This document shows positions 14,201 to 29,200 of a stretch of 64,000 nt of DNA, one piece after another (position 1 is the first letter of the stretch; each line of letters starts with the position of its first letter). Position numbers and translations under genes: made by a program. The stretch comes from Eledone cirrhosa. Taxonomy: Eukaryota. Below the pieces are notes generated by a model. The model saw only the letters and a program-made list of their open reading frames with translations. It searched no databases and was not told where the DNA came from. The DNA lies in assembly GCA_964016885.1 (NCBI GenBank), contig OZ024757.1, positions 39,370,001-39,434,000 on the forward strand. The letters are read 5' to 3'.

Positions 14201-17200
14201 AATGATTAAATGCCTCTAAAATGACTATCGCAGCATCATAATTGAGTAAAATGACTCTAAAATGGCTAAAACAGCATCATAAATGACTAAAATGACTCTA
14301 AACGACTAAAATGTCTCTAAAATGACTAAAACTGCATTATAAATGACTAAAATAACTCTCAAATGGCTAAAACGGCATCATAATTGACTAAAATTACTAT
14401 AAAACGTCTAAAATGACAGAAAATGGATATATAATGGCTAAAACGGCCTCATACGTGAATAAAATGACTCTAAATCATCTAAAACAACTAAAATTCCTCT
14501 AAAATGGCTAAAACTGCATCATAATTGACTAAAATGACTCTAAAACGACTAAAATGACTCTAAAACGACTAAAATGACTCTAAAATGGCTAAAACTGCAT
14601 TATAAATGACTGAAATGACTCTAAAATGGCTAAAACAGCATCATAAATGAATAATATGACTCTATAACGTCTAAAATGGCTATAAAATGACTAAAACTGC
14701 ATCTTAAATGACTAAAATGTCTCTAAAGCGACTAAAACGTCTAGAATGACAGAAAATGGCAATATAATGGCTAAAACGGCATCATAATTGACTAAAATGA
14801 CTCTAAAACGACTAAAATGACTGTAAAATAGCTTAAACTGCATCATAAATGACTAAAATGACTCTAAAATGGCTAAAACAGCATCATAAATGAATAATAT
14901 GATTCTATAACGTCTAAAATGGCTATAAAATGACTAAAAAGGCATCATCAATGACTAAAATGTCTCTAAAACGACTAAAATGACTTTAAAACGACTAAAA
15001 TGACTCTAAAACGACTAAAATGACTATAAAACGACTACAATGACTATAAAACGTCTAAAATGACAGAAAATGGCTATATAATGGCTAGAACGGACTCATG
15101 ATTGACTATAATGACTCTAAAACAACTAAAATGACTCTAAAACGACTAAAATGACTCTGAAACGACTAACATCTCTCTAAAATGGCTAAAACTGCATCAA
15201 AATTGACTAAAATGACTCTAAAATGACTATAAAACGTCTAAAATGACAGAAAATGGCTATATAATGGCTAGAACGGCATCATGATTGACTATAATGACTC
15301 TAAAACAACTAAAATGACTCTAAAACGTCTAAAACGACTAAAATGACTCTAAAATGGCTTAAACAGCATCATAAATGATTACAAAGACTCAAATGACTCA
15401 GAAATGGATAAATATGACATCATAAATGATTAAATGCCTCTAAAATGCCTATCGCAGCATCATAATTGACTAAAATGATTGTAAAACGACTAAAATGACT
15501 CTAAAACGACTAAAATGACGCTAAAATGAATAAAACTGCATTATAAATGACTGAAATGACTCTAAAATGGCTAAATCAGCATCATAAATGAATAATATGA
15601 CTCTATAACGTCTAAATTGGCTATAAAATGACTAAAACTGCATCATAAATGACTAAAATGACTCTAAAACGAGTAAAATGGCTATAAAATGACTAAAACT
15701 GCATCATAAATGAATAATATGACTCTAAAATGGCTAAAACAGCATCATAAATGAATAAAATGACTCTAAACGACTAAAATGACTCTAAAACGACTAAAAT
15801 GTCTGTAAAATAGCTAAAACTGCATTATAAATGACTAAAATGACTCAAATGGCTAAAACAGCATCATAAACGACTAAAATGACTCTACAACGACTAAAAT
15901 GACTCGTAAATGACTAAAACAGCATCATAATTGACTAAAATTACTACAAAACGTATAAAATGACAGAAAATGGCAATATAATGGCTAAAACGGTATCAAA
16001 ATTGACTAGAATGACGCTAAAACGACTACAATGACCCTAAAATGGCTTAAACTGCATCATAAATGATTAAATGCCTCAAAAATGGCTAAAACAGCATCAT
16101 AATTGACTAAAATGACTCTAAAACGACTAAAATGACTCTAAAACGACTAACATCTCTCTAAAATGGCTAAAACTGCATCAGAATTGACTAAAATGACTCT
16201 AAAACGACTAAAATGACTATAAAACGTCTAAAATGACAGAAAATGGCTATATAATGGCTAGAACGGCATCATGATTGACTATAATGACTCTAAAACAACT
16301 AAAATGACTCTAAAACGTCTAAAACGACTAAAATGGCTCTAAAATGGCTTAAACAGCATCATAAATGATTAAAAAGACTGAAATGACTCAGAAATGGATA
16401 AATATGGCATCATAAATGATTAAATGCCTCTAAAATGTCTATCGCAGCATCATAATTGACTAAAATGACTCTAAAACGACTAAAATGACTCTAACACGAC
16501 TAAAATGACACTAAAATGGCTAAAACTGCATTATAAATGACTGAAATGACTCTAAAATGGCTAAATCAGCATCATAAATGAATAATATGACTCTATAACG
16601 TCTAAATTGGCTATAAAATGACTAAAACTGCATCATAAATGACTAAAATGACTCTAAAACGACTAGAATAGCTATAAAATGACTATGGCTAAAACAGCAT
16701 CATAAATGAATAAAATGACTCTAAACGACTAAAATGACTCTAAAACGACTAAAATGTCTGTAAAATGGTTAAAAATGCATTATAAATGATTAAAATGACT
16801 CTCAAATGGATAAAACAGCAACATAAACGACTAAAATGACTCTACAACGACTAAAATGACTCGGAAATGACTAAAACAGCATCATAATTGACTAAAATTA
16901 CTATAAAACGTATAAAATGACAGAAAATAGCTATATAATGGCTAAAACGGTGTCATAAGCGAAGAAAATGACTCTAAAACATCTAAAACAACTAAAATTC
17001 CTCTAAAATGGCTAAAACTGCATCATAATTGACTAAAATGAATTTAAAACGACTAAAATGACTCTAAAACGACGAAAATGACTCTAAAACGACTGAAATG
17101 ACTGTAAAATAGCTTAAACTGCATCATAAATGACTAAAATGACTCTAAAATGGCTAAAACAGCATCATAAATGAATAATATGACTCTATAACGTCTAAAA

Positions 17201-20200
17201 CGGCTATAAAATGACTAAAACTGCATCATAAACGACTAAATCGTCTAAAATGACAGAAAATGGCAATATAATGGGTAAAACGGTATCAAAACTGACTAAA
17301 ATGACACTAAAACGACTACAATGACCCTAAAATGGCTTAAACTGCATCATAAATGACTAAAACGACTGAAATGACTCAGGAATGGCTAAATATGGCATCA
17401 TAAATGATTAAATGCCTCTAAAATGGCTAAAACTGCATCATAATTGACTAAAATGACTCTAAAACAACTAAAATGACTCTAAAACGACTAACTTCTCTCT
17501 AAAATGGCTAAAACTGCATCAAAATTGACTAAAATGACTCTAAAACGACTAAAATGACTATAAAACGTCTAAAATGACAGAAAATGGCTATATAATGGCT
17601 AGAACGGACTCATGATTGACTATAATGACTCTAAAACAACTAAAATGACTCTAAAACGTCTAAAACGACTAAAATGACTCTAAAACGTCTAACATCTCTC
17701 TAAAATGGCTAAAACTGCATCAAAATTGACTAAAATGACTCTAAAATGACTATAAAACGTCTAAAATGACAGAAAATGGCTATATAATGGCTAGAACGGC
17801 ATCATGATTGACTATAATGACTCTAAAACAACTAAAATGACTCTAAAACGTCTAAAAACGACTAAAATGACTCTAAAATGGCTTAAACAGCATCATAAAT
17901 GATTACAAAGACTGAAATGACTCAGAAATGGATAAATATGGCATCATAAATGATTAAATGCCTCTAAAATGACTATCGCAGCATCATAATTGACTAAAAT
18001 GACTCTAAACGACTATAATGACTCTAAAACGACTAAAATGACTCTAAAATGGCTAAAACTGCATTATAAATGACTGAAATGACTCTAAAATGGCTAAATC
18101 AGCATAAATGAATAATATGACTCTATAACGTCTAAATTGGCTATAAAATGACTAAAACTGCATCATAAATGACTAAAATGACTCTAAAACGAATAAAATG
18201 GCTATAAAATGACTAAAACTGCATCATACATGAATAATATGACTCTAAAATGGCTAAAACAGCATCATAAATGAATAAAATGTCTCTAAACGACTAAAAT
18301 GACTCTAAAACGACTAAAATGTCTGTAAAATGGCTAAAACTGCATTATAAATGACTAAAATGACTCTCAAATGGCTAAAACAGCATCATAATTGACTAAA
18401 ATTACTATAAAACGTATAAAATGACAGAAAATGGCTATATAGTGGCTAAAACGGCCTCATAAGCGAATAAAATGACTCTAAAACATCTAAAACAACTAAA
18501 ATTCCTCTAAAAGGGCTAAAATGACTCTAGAACGACTGAAATGACTGTAAAATAGCTTAAACTGCATCATAAATGATTAAATGACTCTAAAATGGCTAAA
18601 ACAGCATCATAAATGAATAATATGACTCTATAACGTATAAAATGGCTATAAAATAACTAAACTGCATCATAAATGAATAAAATGTCTCTAAAACGACTAA
18701 AACGTCTAGAATGACAGAAAATGGCAATATAATGGCTAAAACGGCATCATAATTGACTAAAATGACTCTAAAACGACTAAAATGACTCTAAAACGACTAA
18801 AATGACTGTAAAATAGCTTAAACTGCATCATAAATGACTAAAATGACTCTAAAATGGCTATAAAATGACTAAAAGGCATCATAAATGACTAAAATGTCTC
18901 TAAAACGACTAAAACGTCTAAAATGACAGAAATTGGCAATATAATGGCTAAAACGGCATCATAATTGACAGAAATGACGCTAAAACGACTAAAATGACCC
19001 TAAAATGGCTTAAACTGTATCATAAATGAGTAAAACGACTGAAATGACTCAGAAATGGCTAAATATGGCTTCATAAATGATTAAATGCCTCTAAAATGGC
19101 TAAAACAGCATCATAATTGACTAAAATGACTCTAACACGACTAAAATGACTCTAAAATGGATAAAACAACATCATAAATGAATATAATGAGTCTGAAACG
19201 ATTAAAATGACAGAAAATGGCTATATAATGGCTAGAACGGCATCATGATTGACTATAATGACTCTAAAACAACTAAAATGACTCTAAAACGAGTAAAATG
19301 ACTCTAAAATGGCTTAAACAGCATCATAAATGATTAAAACGACTGAAATGACTCTAAAATGGCTAAAACTTCATTATAAATGACTGAAATGACTCTAAAA
19401 TGGCTAAATCAGCATCATAAATGAATAATATGACTATATAACGTCTAAATTGGCTATAAAATGACTAAAACTACATCATAAATGACTAAAATGACTCGAA
19501 AACGACTAAACGTCTAAAATGGCTATAAAATGACTAAAACTGCCTCATAAATGAATAATATAACTCTAAAATGGCTAAAACAGCATCATAATGAATAATA
19601 TGACTCTATAACGTCTAAAATGGCTATAAAATGACTAAAACTGCATCATAAATGACTAAAATGTCTCTAAAACGACTAAAACGTCTAAAATGACAGAAAT
19701 TGGCAATATAATGGCTAAAACGGCATCATAATTGACAGAAATGACGCTAAAACGACTAAAATGACCCTAAAATGGCTTAAACTGCATCATAAATGACTAA
19801 AACGACTGAAATGACTCAGAAATGGCTAAATATGGCTTCATAAATGATTAAATGCCTCTAAAATGGCTAAATCAGCATCATAATTGACTAAAATGACTCT
19901 AAAACGACTAAAATGACTCTAAAACTACTAAATGGCTAAAACTGCATCATAAATGAATAAAATGACTCTAAACGACTAAAATGACTCTAAAACGACTAAA
20001 ATGTCTGTAAAATGACTAAACCTGCATTATAAATGACTAAAATGACTCTCAAATGACTAAAACAGCATCATAATTGACTAAAATTACTATAAAACGTATA
20101 AAATGACAGAAAATGACAATATAATGGCTAAAACGGTATCAAATTGACTAAAATGACACTAAAACGACTACAATGACCCTAAAATGGCTTAAACTGCATC

Positions 20201-23200
20201 ATAAATGACTAAAACGACTGAAATGACTCAGGAATGGCTAAATATGGCATCATAAATGATTAAATGCCTCGAAAATGGCCAAAACAGCATCATAATTGAC
20301 TAAAATGAATCTAAAACGACTAAAATGACTCTAAAACGACTAACATCTCTCTAAAATGGCTAAAACTGCATCAGAATCGACTAAAATGACTTTAAAACGT
20401 CTAGAATGAGAGAAAATGGCTATATAATGCCTAGAACGGCATCATGATTGACTATAATGACTCTAAAACAACTAAAATGACTCTAAAACGTCTAAAACGA
20501 CTAAAATGACTCTAAAATGGCTTAAACAGCATTATAAATGATTAAAAATACTGAAATGACTCAGAAATGGATAAATATGGCATCATAAATGATTAAATGC
20601 CTCTAAAATGACTATCGCAGCATCATAATTGAGTAAAATGACTCTAAAACGACTAAAATGACTCTAAAACGACTAAAATGACTCAAAAATGGCTAAAACT
20701 GCATTATAAATGACTGAAATGACTCTAAAATGGCTAAATCAGCATAAATGAATAATATGACTCTATAACGTCTAAATTGGCTATAAAATGACTAAAACTG
20801 CATCATAAATGACTAAAATGACTCTAAAACGAATAAAATGGCTATAAAATGACTAAAACTGCATCATACATGAATAATATGACTCTAAAATGGCTAAAAC
20901 AGCATCATAAATGAATAAAATGTCTCTAAACGACTAAAATGACTCTAAAACGACTAAAATGTCTGTAAAATGGCTAAAACTGCATTATAAATGACTAAAA
21001 TGACTCTCAAATGGCTAAAACAGCATCATAATTGACTAAAATTACTATAAAACGTATAAAATGACAGAAAATGGCTATATAGTGGCTAAAACGGCCTCAT
21101 AAGCGAATAAAATGACTCTAAAACATCTAAAACAACTAAAATTCCTCTAAAAGGGCTAAAATGACTCTAGAACGACTGAAATGACTGTAAAATAGCTTAA
21201 ACTGCATCATAAATGATTAAATGACTCTAAAATGGCTAAAACAGCATCATAAATGAATAATATGACTCTATAACGTATAAAATGGCTATAAAATAACTAA
21301 AACTGCATCATAAATGAATAAAATGTCTCTAAAACGACTAAAACGTCTAGAATGACAGAAAATGGCAATATAATGGCTAAAACGGCATCATAATTGACTA
21401 AATGACTCTAAAACGACTAAAATGACTCTAAAACGACTAAAATGACTCTAAAACGACTAAAATGACTGTAAAATAGCTTAAACTGCATCATAAATGACTA
21501 AAATGACTCTAAAATGGCTATAAAATGACTAAAAAGGCATCATAAATGACTAAAATGTCTCTAAAACGACTAAAACGTCTAAAATGACAGAAATTGGCAA
21601 TATAATGGCTAAAACGGCATCATAATTGACAGAAATGACGCTAAAACGACTAAAATGACCCTAAAATGGCTTAAACTGTATCATAAATGAGTAAAACGAC
21701 TGAAATGACTCAGAAATGGCTAAATATGGCTTCATAAATGATTAAATGCCTCTAAAATGGCTAAAACAGCATCATAATTGACTAAAATGACTCTAACACG
21801 ACTAAAATGACTCTAAAATGGATAAAACAACATCATAAATGAATATAATGAGTCTGAAACGATTAAAATGACAGAAAATGGCTATATAATGGCTAGAACG
21901 GCATCATGATTGACTATAATGACTCTAAAACAACTAAAATGACTCTAAAACGAGTAAAATGACTCTAAAATGGCTTAAACAGCATCATAAATGATTAAAA
22001 CGACTGAAATGACTCTAAAATGGCTAAAACTTCATTATAAATGACTGAAATGACTCTAAAATGGCTAAATCAGCATCATAAATGAATAATATGACTATAT
22101 AACGTCTAAATTGGCTATAAAATGACTAAAACTACATCATAAATGACTAAAATGACTCGAAAACGACTAAAACGTCTAAAATGGCTATAAAATGACTAAA
22201 ACTGCCTCATAAATGAATAATATAACTCTAAAATGGCTAAAACAGCATCATAAATGAATAATATGACTCTATAAACGTCTAAAATGGCTATAAAATGACT
22301 AAAACTGCATCATAAATGACTAAAATGTCTCTAAAACGACTAAACGTCTAAAATGACAGAAATTGGCAATATAATGGCTAAAACGGCATCATAATTGACA
22401 GAAATGACGCTAAAACGACTAAAATGACCCTAAAATGGCTTAAACTGCATCATAAATGACTAAAACGACTGAAATGACTCAGAAATGGCTAAATATGGCT
22501 TCATAAATGATTAAATGCCTCTAAAATGGCTAAATCAGCATCATAATTGACTAAAATGACTCTAAAACGACTAAAATGACTCTAAAACTACTAAAATGGC
22601 TAAAACTGCATCATAAATGAATAAAATGACTCTAAACGACTAAAATGACTCTAAAACGACTAAAATGTCTGTAAAATGACTAAACCTGCATTATAAATGA
22701 CTAAAATGACTCTCAAATGACTAAAACAGCATCATAATTGACTAAAATTACTATAAAACGTATAAAATGACAGAAAATGACAATATAATGGCTAAAACGG
22801 TATCAAAATTGACTAAAATGACACTAAAACGACTACAATGACCCTAAAATGGCTTAAACTGCATCATAAATGACTAAAACGACTGAAATGACTCAGGAAT
22901 GGCTAAATATGGCATCATAAATGATTAAATGCCTCGAAAATGGCCAAAACAGCATCATAATTGACTAAAATGAATCTAAAACGACTAAAATGACTCTAAA
23001 ACGACTAACATCTCTCTAAAATGGCTAAAACTGCATCAGAATCGACTAAAATGACTTTAAAACGTCTAGAATGAGAGAAAATGGCTATATAATGCCTAGA
23101 ACGGCATCATGATTGACTATAATGACTCTAAAACAACTAAAATGACTCTAAAACGTCTAAAACGACTAAAATGACTCTAAAATGGCTTAAACAGCATTAT

Positions 23201-26200
23201 AAATGATTAAAAATACTGAAATGACTCAGAAATGGATAAATATGGCATCATAAATGATTAAATGCCTCTAAAATGACTATCGCAGCATCATAATTGAGTA
23301 AAATGACTCTAAAACGACTAAAATGACTCTAAAACGACTAAAATGACTCAAAAATGACTAAAATGACTCTAAAATGGCTAAAACTGCATTATAAATGAAT
23401 AATATGACTCTATATAACGTCTAAATTGGCTATAAAATCACTAAAACTGCATCATAAATGACTAAAATGACTCTAAAACGACTAAATTGGCTATAAAATG
23501 ACTAAAACTGCATCATAAATGACTAAAATGACTCTAAAATGGCTAAATCAGCATCATAAATGAATAATATGACTCTATAACGTCTAAATTGGCTATAAAA
23601 TGACTAAAACTGCATCATAAATGAATAATATGACTCTAAAATGGCTAAAACAGCATCATAAATGAATAAAATGACTCTAAACGACTAAAATGACTCTAAA
23701 ACGACTAAAATGTCTGTAAAATGGCTAAAACTGCATTATAAATGACTAAAATGACTCTCAAATTGCCTAAAACAGCATCATAAACGACTAAAATGACTCT
23801 ACAACGACTAAAATGACTCGTAAATGACTAATACAGCATCATAATTGACTAAAATTACTATAAAACGTATAAAATGACAGAAAATGGCTATATATAGGCT
23901 AAAACGGCCTCATCAGCGAATAAAATGACTCTAAAACATCTAAAACAACTAAAATTCCTCTAAAATGGCTAAAACTGCATCATAATTGACTAAAATGACT
24001 TTAAAACGACTAAAATGACTCTAAAACGACTAAAATGACTCTAAAACGACTGAAATGACTGTAAAATAGCTTAAACTGCATCATAAATGACTAAAATGAC
24101 TCTAAAATGGCTAACACAGCATCATAAATGAATAATATGACTCTATAACGTCTAAAATGGCTATAAAATGACTAAAACTGCATCATAAATGATTAAAATG
24201 TCTCTAAAACAACTAAAACGTCTAAAATGACAGAAGTTGGCAATATAATGGCTAAAACGGCATCATAATTGACAGAAATGACGCTAAAACGACTAAAATG
24301 ACCCTAAAATGGCTTAAAGTGCATCATAAATGACTAAAACGACTGAAATGACTCAGAAATGGCTAAATATGGCTTCATAAATGATTAAATGCCTCTAAAA
24401 TGGCTAAATCAGCATCATAATTGACTAAAATGACTCTAAAACGACTAAAGTGACTCTAAAACTACTAAAATGGCTAAAACTGCATCATAAATGAATAAAA
24501 TGACTCTAAACGACTAAAATGACTCTAAAACGACTAAAATGTCTGTAAAATGACTAAACCTGCATTATAAATGACTAAAATGACTCTCAAATGACTAAAA
24601 CAGCATCATAATTGACTAAAATTACTATAAAACGTATAAAATGACAGAAAATGACAATATAATGGCTAAAACGGTATCAAAATTGACTAAAATGACACTA
24701 AAACGACTACAATGACCCTAAATGGCTTAAACTGCATCATAAATGACTAAAACGACTGAAATGACTCAGGAATGGCTAAATATGGCATCATAAATGATTA
24801 AATGCCTCGAAAATGGCCAAAACAGCATCATAATTGACTAAAATGAATCTAAAACGACTAAAATGACTCTAAAACGACTAACATCTCTCTAAAATGGCTA
24901 AAACTGCATCAGAATCGACTAAAATGACTTTAAAACGTCTAGAATGAGAGAAAATGGCTATATAATGCCTAGAACGGCATCATGATTGACTATAATGACT
25001 CTAAAACAACTAAAATGACTCTAAAACGTCTAAACGACTAAAATGACTCTAAAATGGCTTAAACAGCATTATAAATGATTAAAAATACTGAAATGACTCA
25101 GAAATGGATAAATATGGCATCATAAATGATTAAATGCCTCTAAAATGACTATCGCAGCATCATAATTGAGTAAAATGACTCTAAAACGACTAAAATGACT
25201 CTAAAACGACTAAAATGACTCAAAAATGACTAAAATGACTCTAAAATGGCTAAAACTGCATTATAAATGAATAATATGACTCTATAACGTCTAAATTGGC
25301 TATAAAATCACTAAAACTGCATCATAAATGACTAAAATGACTCTAAAACGACTAAATTGGCTATAAAATGACTAAAACTGCATCATAAATGACTAAAATG
25401 ACTCTAAAATGGCTAAATCAGCATCATAAATGAATAATATGACTCTATAACGTCTAAATTGGCTATAAAATGACTAAAACTGCATCATAAATGAATAATA
25501 TGACTCTAAAATGGCTAAAACAGCATCATAAATGAATAAAATGACTCTAAAACGACTAAAATGACTCTAAAACGACTAAAATGTCTGTAAAATGGCTAAA
25601 ACTGCATTATAAATGACTAAAATGACTCTCAAATTGCTAAAACAGCATCATAAACGACTAAAATGACTCTACAACGACTAAAATGACTCGTAAATGACTA
25701 ATACAGCATCATAATTGACTAAAATTACTATAAAACGTATAAAATGACAGAAAATGGCTATATATAGGCTAAAACGGCCTCATCAGCGAATAAAATGACT
25801 CTAAAACATCTAAAACAACTAAAATTCCTCTAAAATGGCTAAAACTGCATCATAATTGACTAAAATGACTTTAAAACGACTAAAATGACTCTAAAACGAC
25901 TAAAATGACTCTAAAACGACTGAAATGACTGTAAAATAGCTTAAACTGCATCATAAATGACTAAAATGACTCTAAAATGGCTAACACAGCATCATAAATG
26001 AATAATATGACTCTATAACGTCTAAAATGGCTATAAAATGACTAAAACTGCATCATAAATGATTAAAATGTCTCTAAAACAACTAAAACGTCTAAAATGA
26101 CAGAAGTTGGCAATATAATGGCTAAAACGGCATCATAATTGACAGAAATGACGCTAAAACGACTAAAATGACCCTAAAATGGCTTAAAGTGCATCATAAA

Positions 26201-29200
26201 TGACTAAAACGACTGAAATGACTCAGAAATGGCTAAATATGGCTTCATAAATGATTAAATGCCTCTAAAATGGCTAAATCAGCATCATAATTGACTAAAA
26301 TGACTCTAAAACGACTAAAGTGACTCTAAAACTACTAAAATGGCTAAAACTGCATCATAAATGAATAAAATGACTCTAAACGACTAAAATGACTCTAAAA
26401 CGACTAAAATGTCTGTAAAATGACTAAACCTGCATTATAAATGACTAAAATGACTCTCAAATGACTAAAACAGCATCATAATTGACTAAAATTACTATAA
26501 AACGTATAAAATGACAGAAAATGACAATATAATGGCTAAAACGGTATCAAAATTGACTAAAATGACACTAAAACGACTACAATGACCCTAAAATGGCTTA
26601 ACTGCATCATAAATGACTAAAACGACTGAATGACTCAGGAATGCTAAAATATGGCATCATAAATGATTAAATGCCTCGAAAATGGCCAAAACAGCATCAT
26701 AATTGACTAAAATGAATCTAAAACGACTAAAATGACTCTAAAACGACTAACATCTCTCTAAAATGGCTAAAACTGCATCAGAATCGACTAAAATGACTTT
26801 AAAACGTCTAGAATGAGAGAAAATGGCTATATAATGCCTAGAACGGCATCATGATTGACTATAATGACTCTAAAACAACTAAAATGACTCTAAAACGTCT
26901 AAAACGACTAAAATGACTCTAAAATGGCTTAAACAGCATTATAAATGATTAAAAATACTGAAATGACTCAGAAATGGATAAATATGGCATCATAAATGAT
27001 TAAATGCCTCTAAAATGACTATCGCAGCATCATAATTGAGTAAAATGACTCTAAAACGACTAAAATGACTCTAAAACGACTAAAATGACTCAAAAATGAC
27101 TAAAATGACTCTAAAATGGCTAAAACTGCATTATAAATGAATAATATGACTCTATAACGTCTAAATTGGCTATAAAATCACTAAAACTGCATCATAAATG
27201 ACTAAAATGACTCTAAAACGACTAAATTGGCTATAAAATGACTAAAACTGCATCATAAATGACTAAAATGACTCTAAAATGGCTAAATCAGCATCATAAA
27301 TGAATAATATGACTCTATAACGTCTAAATTGGCTATAAAATGACTAAAACTGCATCATAAATGAATAATATGACTCTAAAATGGCTAAAACAGCATCATA
27401 AATGAATAAAATGACTCTAAACGACTAAAATGACTCTAAAACGACTAAAATGTCTGTAAAATGGCTAAAACTGCATTATAAATGACTAAAATGACTCTCA
27501 AATTGCTAAAACAGCATCATAAACGACTAAAATGACTCTACAACGACTAAAATGACTCGTAAATGACTAATACAGCATCATAATTGACTAAAATTACTAT
27601 AAAACGTATAAAATGACAGAAAATGGCTATATATAGGCTAAAACGGCCTCATCAGCGAATAAAATGACTCTAAAACATCTAAAACAACTAAAATTCCTCT
27701 AAAATGGCTAAAACTGCATCATAATTGACTAAAATGACTTTAAAACGACTAAAATGACTCTAAAACGACTAAAATGACTCTAAAACGACTGAAATGACTG
27801 TAAAATAGCTTAAACTGCATCATAAATGACTAAAATGACTCTAAAATGGCTAACACAGCATCATAAATGAATAATATGACTCTATAACGTCTAAAATGGC
27901 TATAAAATGACTAAAACTGCATCATAAATGATTAAAATGTCTCTAAAACAACTAAAACGTCTAAAATGACAGAAGTTGGCAATATAATGGCTAAAACGGC
28001 ATCATAATTGACAGAAATGACGCTAAAACGACTAAAATGACCCTAAAATGGCTTAAAGTGCATCATAAATGACTAAAACGACTGAAATGACTCAGAAATG
28101 GCTAAATATGGCTTCATAAATGATTAAATGCCTCTAAAATGGCTAAATCAGCATCATAATTGACTAAAATGACTCTAAAACGACTAAAATGACTCTAAAA
28201 CGACTAAAATGACTCTAAAATGGCTAAAACTTCATTATAAATGACTAAAATGACTCTCAAATGGCTAAAACAGCATCATAAACGACTAAAAAAATGACTC
28301 TACAACGACTAAAATGACTCGTAAATGACTAAAACAGCATCATAATTGACTAAAATTACTATAAAACGTATAAAATGACAGAAAATGGCTAAATAATGGC
28401 TAAAACGGCCTCATAAGCGAATAAAATGACTCTAAAACATCTAAAACAATTAAAATTCCTCTAAAATGGCTAAAACTGCATCATAATTGACTAAAATGAC
28501 TTTAAAACGACTAAAATGACTCTAAAACGACTAAAATGACTCTAAAACGACTGAAATGACTGTAAAATAGCTTAAATTGCATCATAAATGACTAAAATGA
28601 CTCTAAAATAACAAAAACGTCATCATAAATGACTAAAATGACCCTAAAATGTCTAAAACGTCATCATAAATGATTAAATGGCTAAAACGGCATCATAAAC
28701 GACTAAAATGACTCTACAATGGCTAAAACGTTATCATACATGACTAAAATGACTCTAAAATACCTAAACGGCATCATAAATGACAAAAATACACTAAAAT
28801 GGCTAAAACGGCATCATAAAGGACTAAAATGATCCTATAATTGCTAAAACTACATCATAAATTACTAAAATACTCTAAAATTTCTAAAACGGCATCTGAA
28901 ATTACTAAATTCACATTGATAATGCTAAAACGGCATCATAAATGACTTAAATTACAGTAAAATGACTAAAACGACATCGTAAATGACTAAAATGGCTCTA
29001 CAATGGTTTAAACGGCATCATAAATGTCTAAAATGACACTAAAATGGCTAAAATGGCATCATAATTTTTTTTTAATAACTAAAACTACTCTAAAACGGCT
29101 AAAACTGTATTATAAACGACTACAATGACTCTACAATGGCTAAAACGGCGTCATACAGCACGAAAATGACACTAAAAAGGCTAAAACGGCATTATAAATG

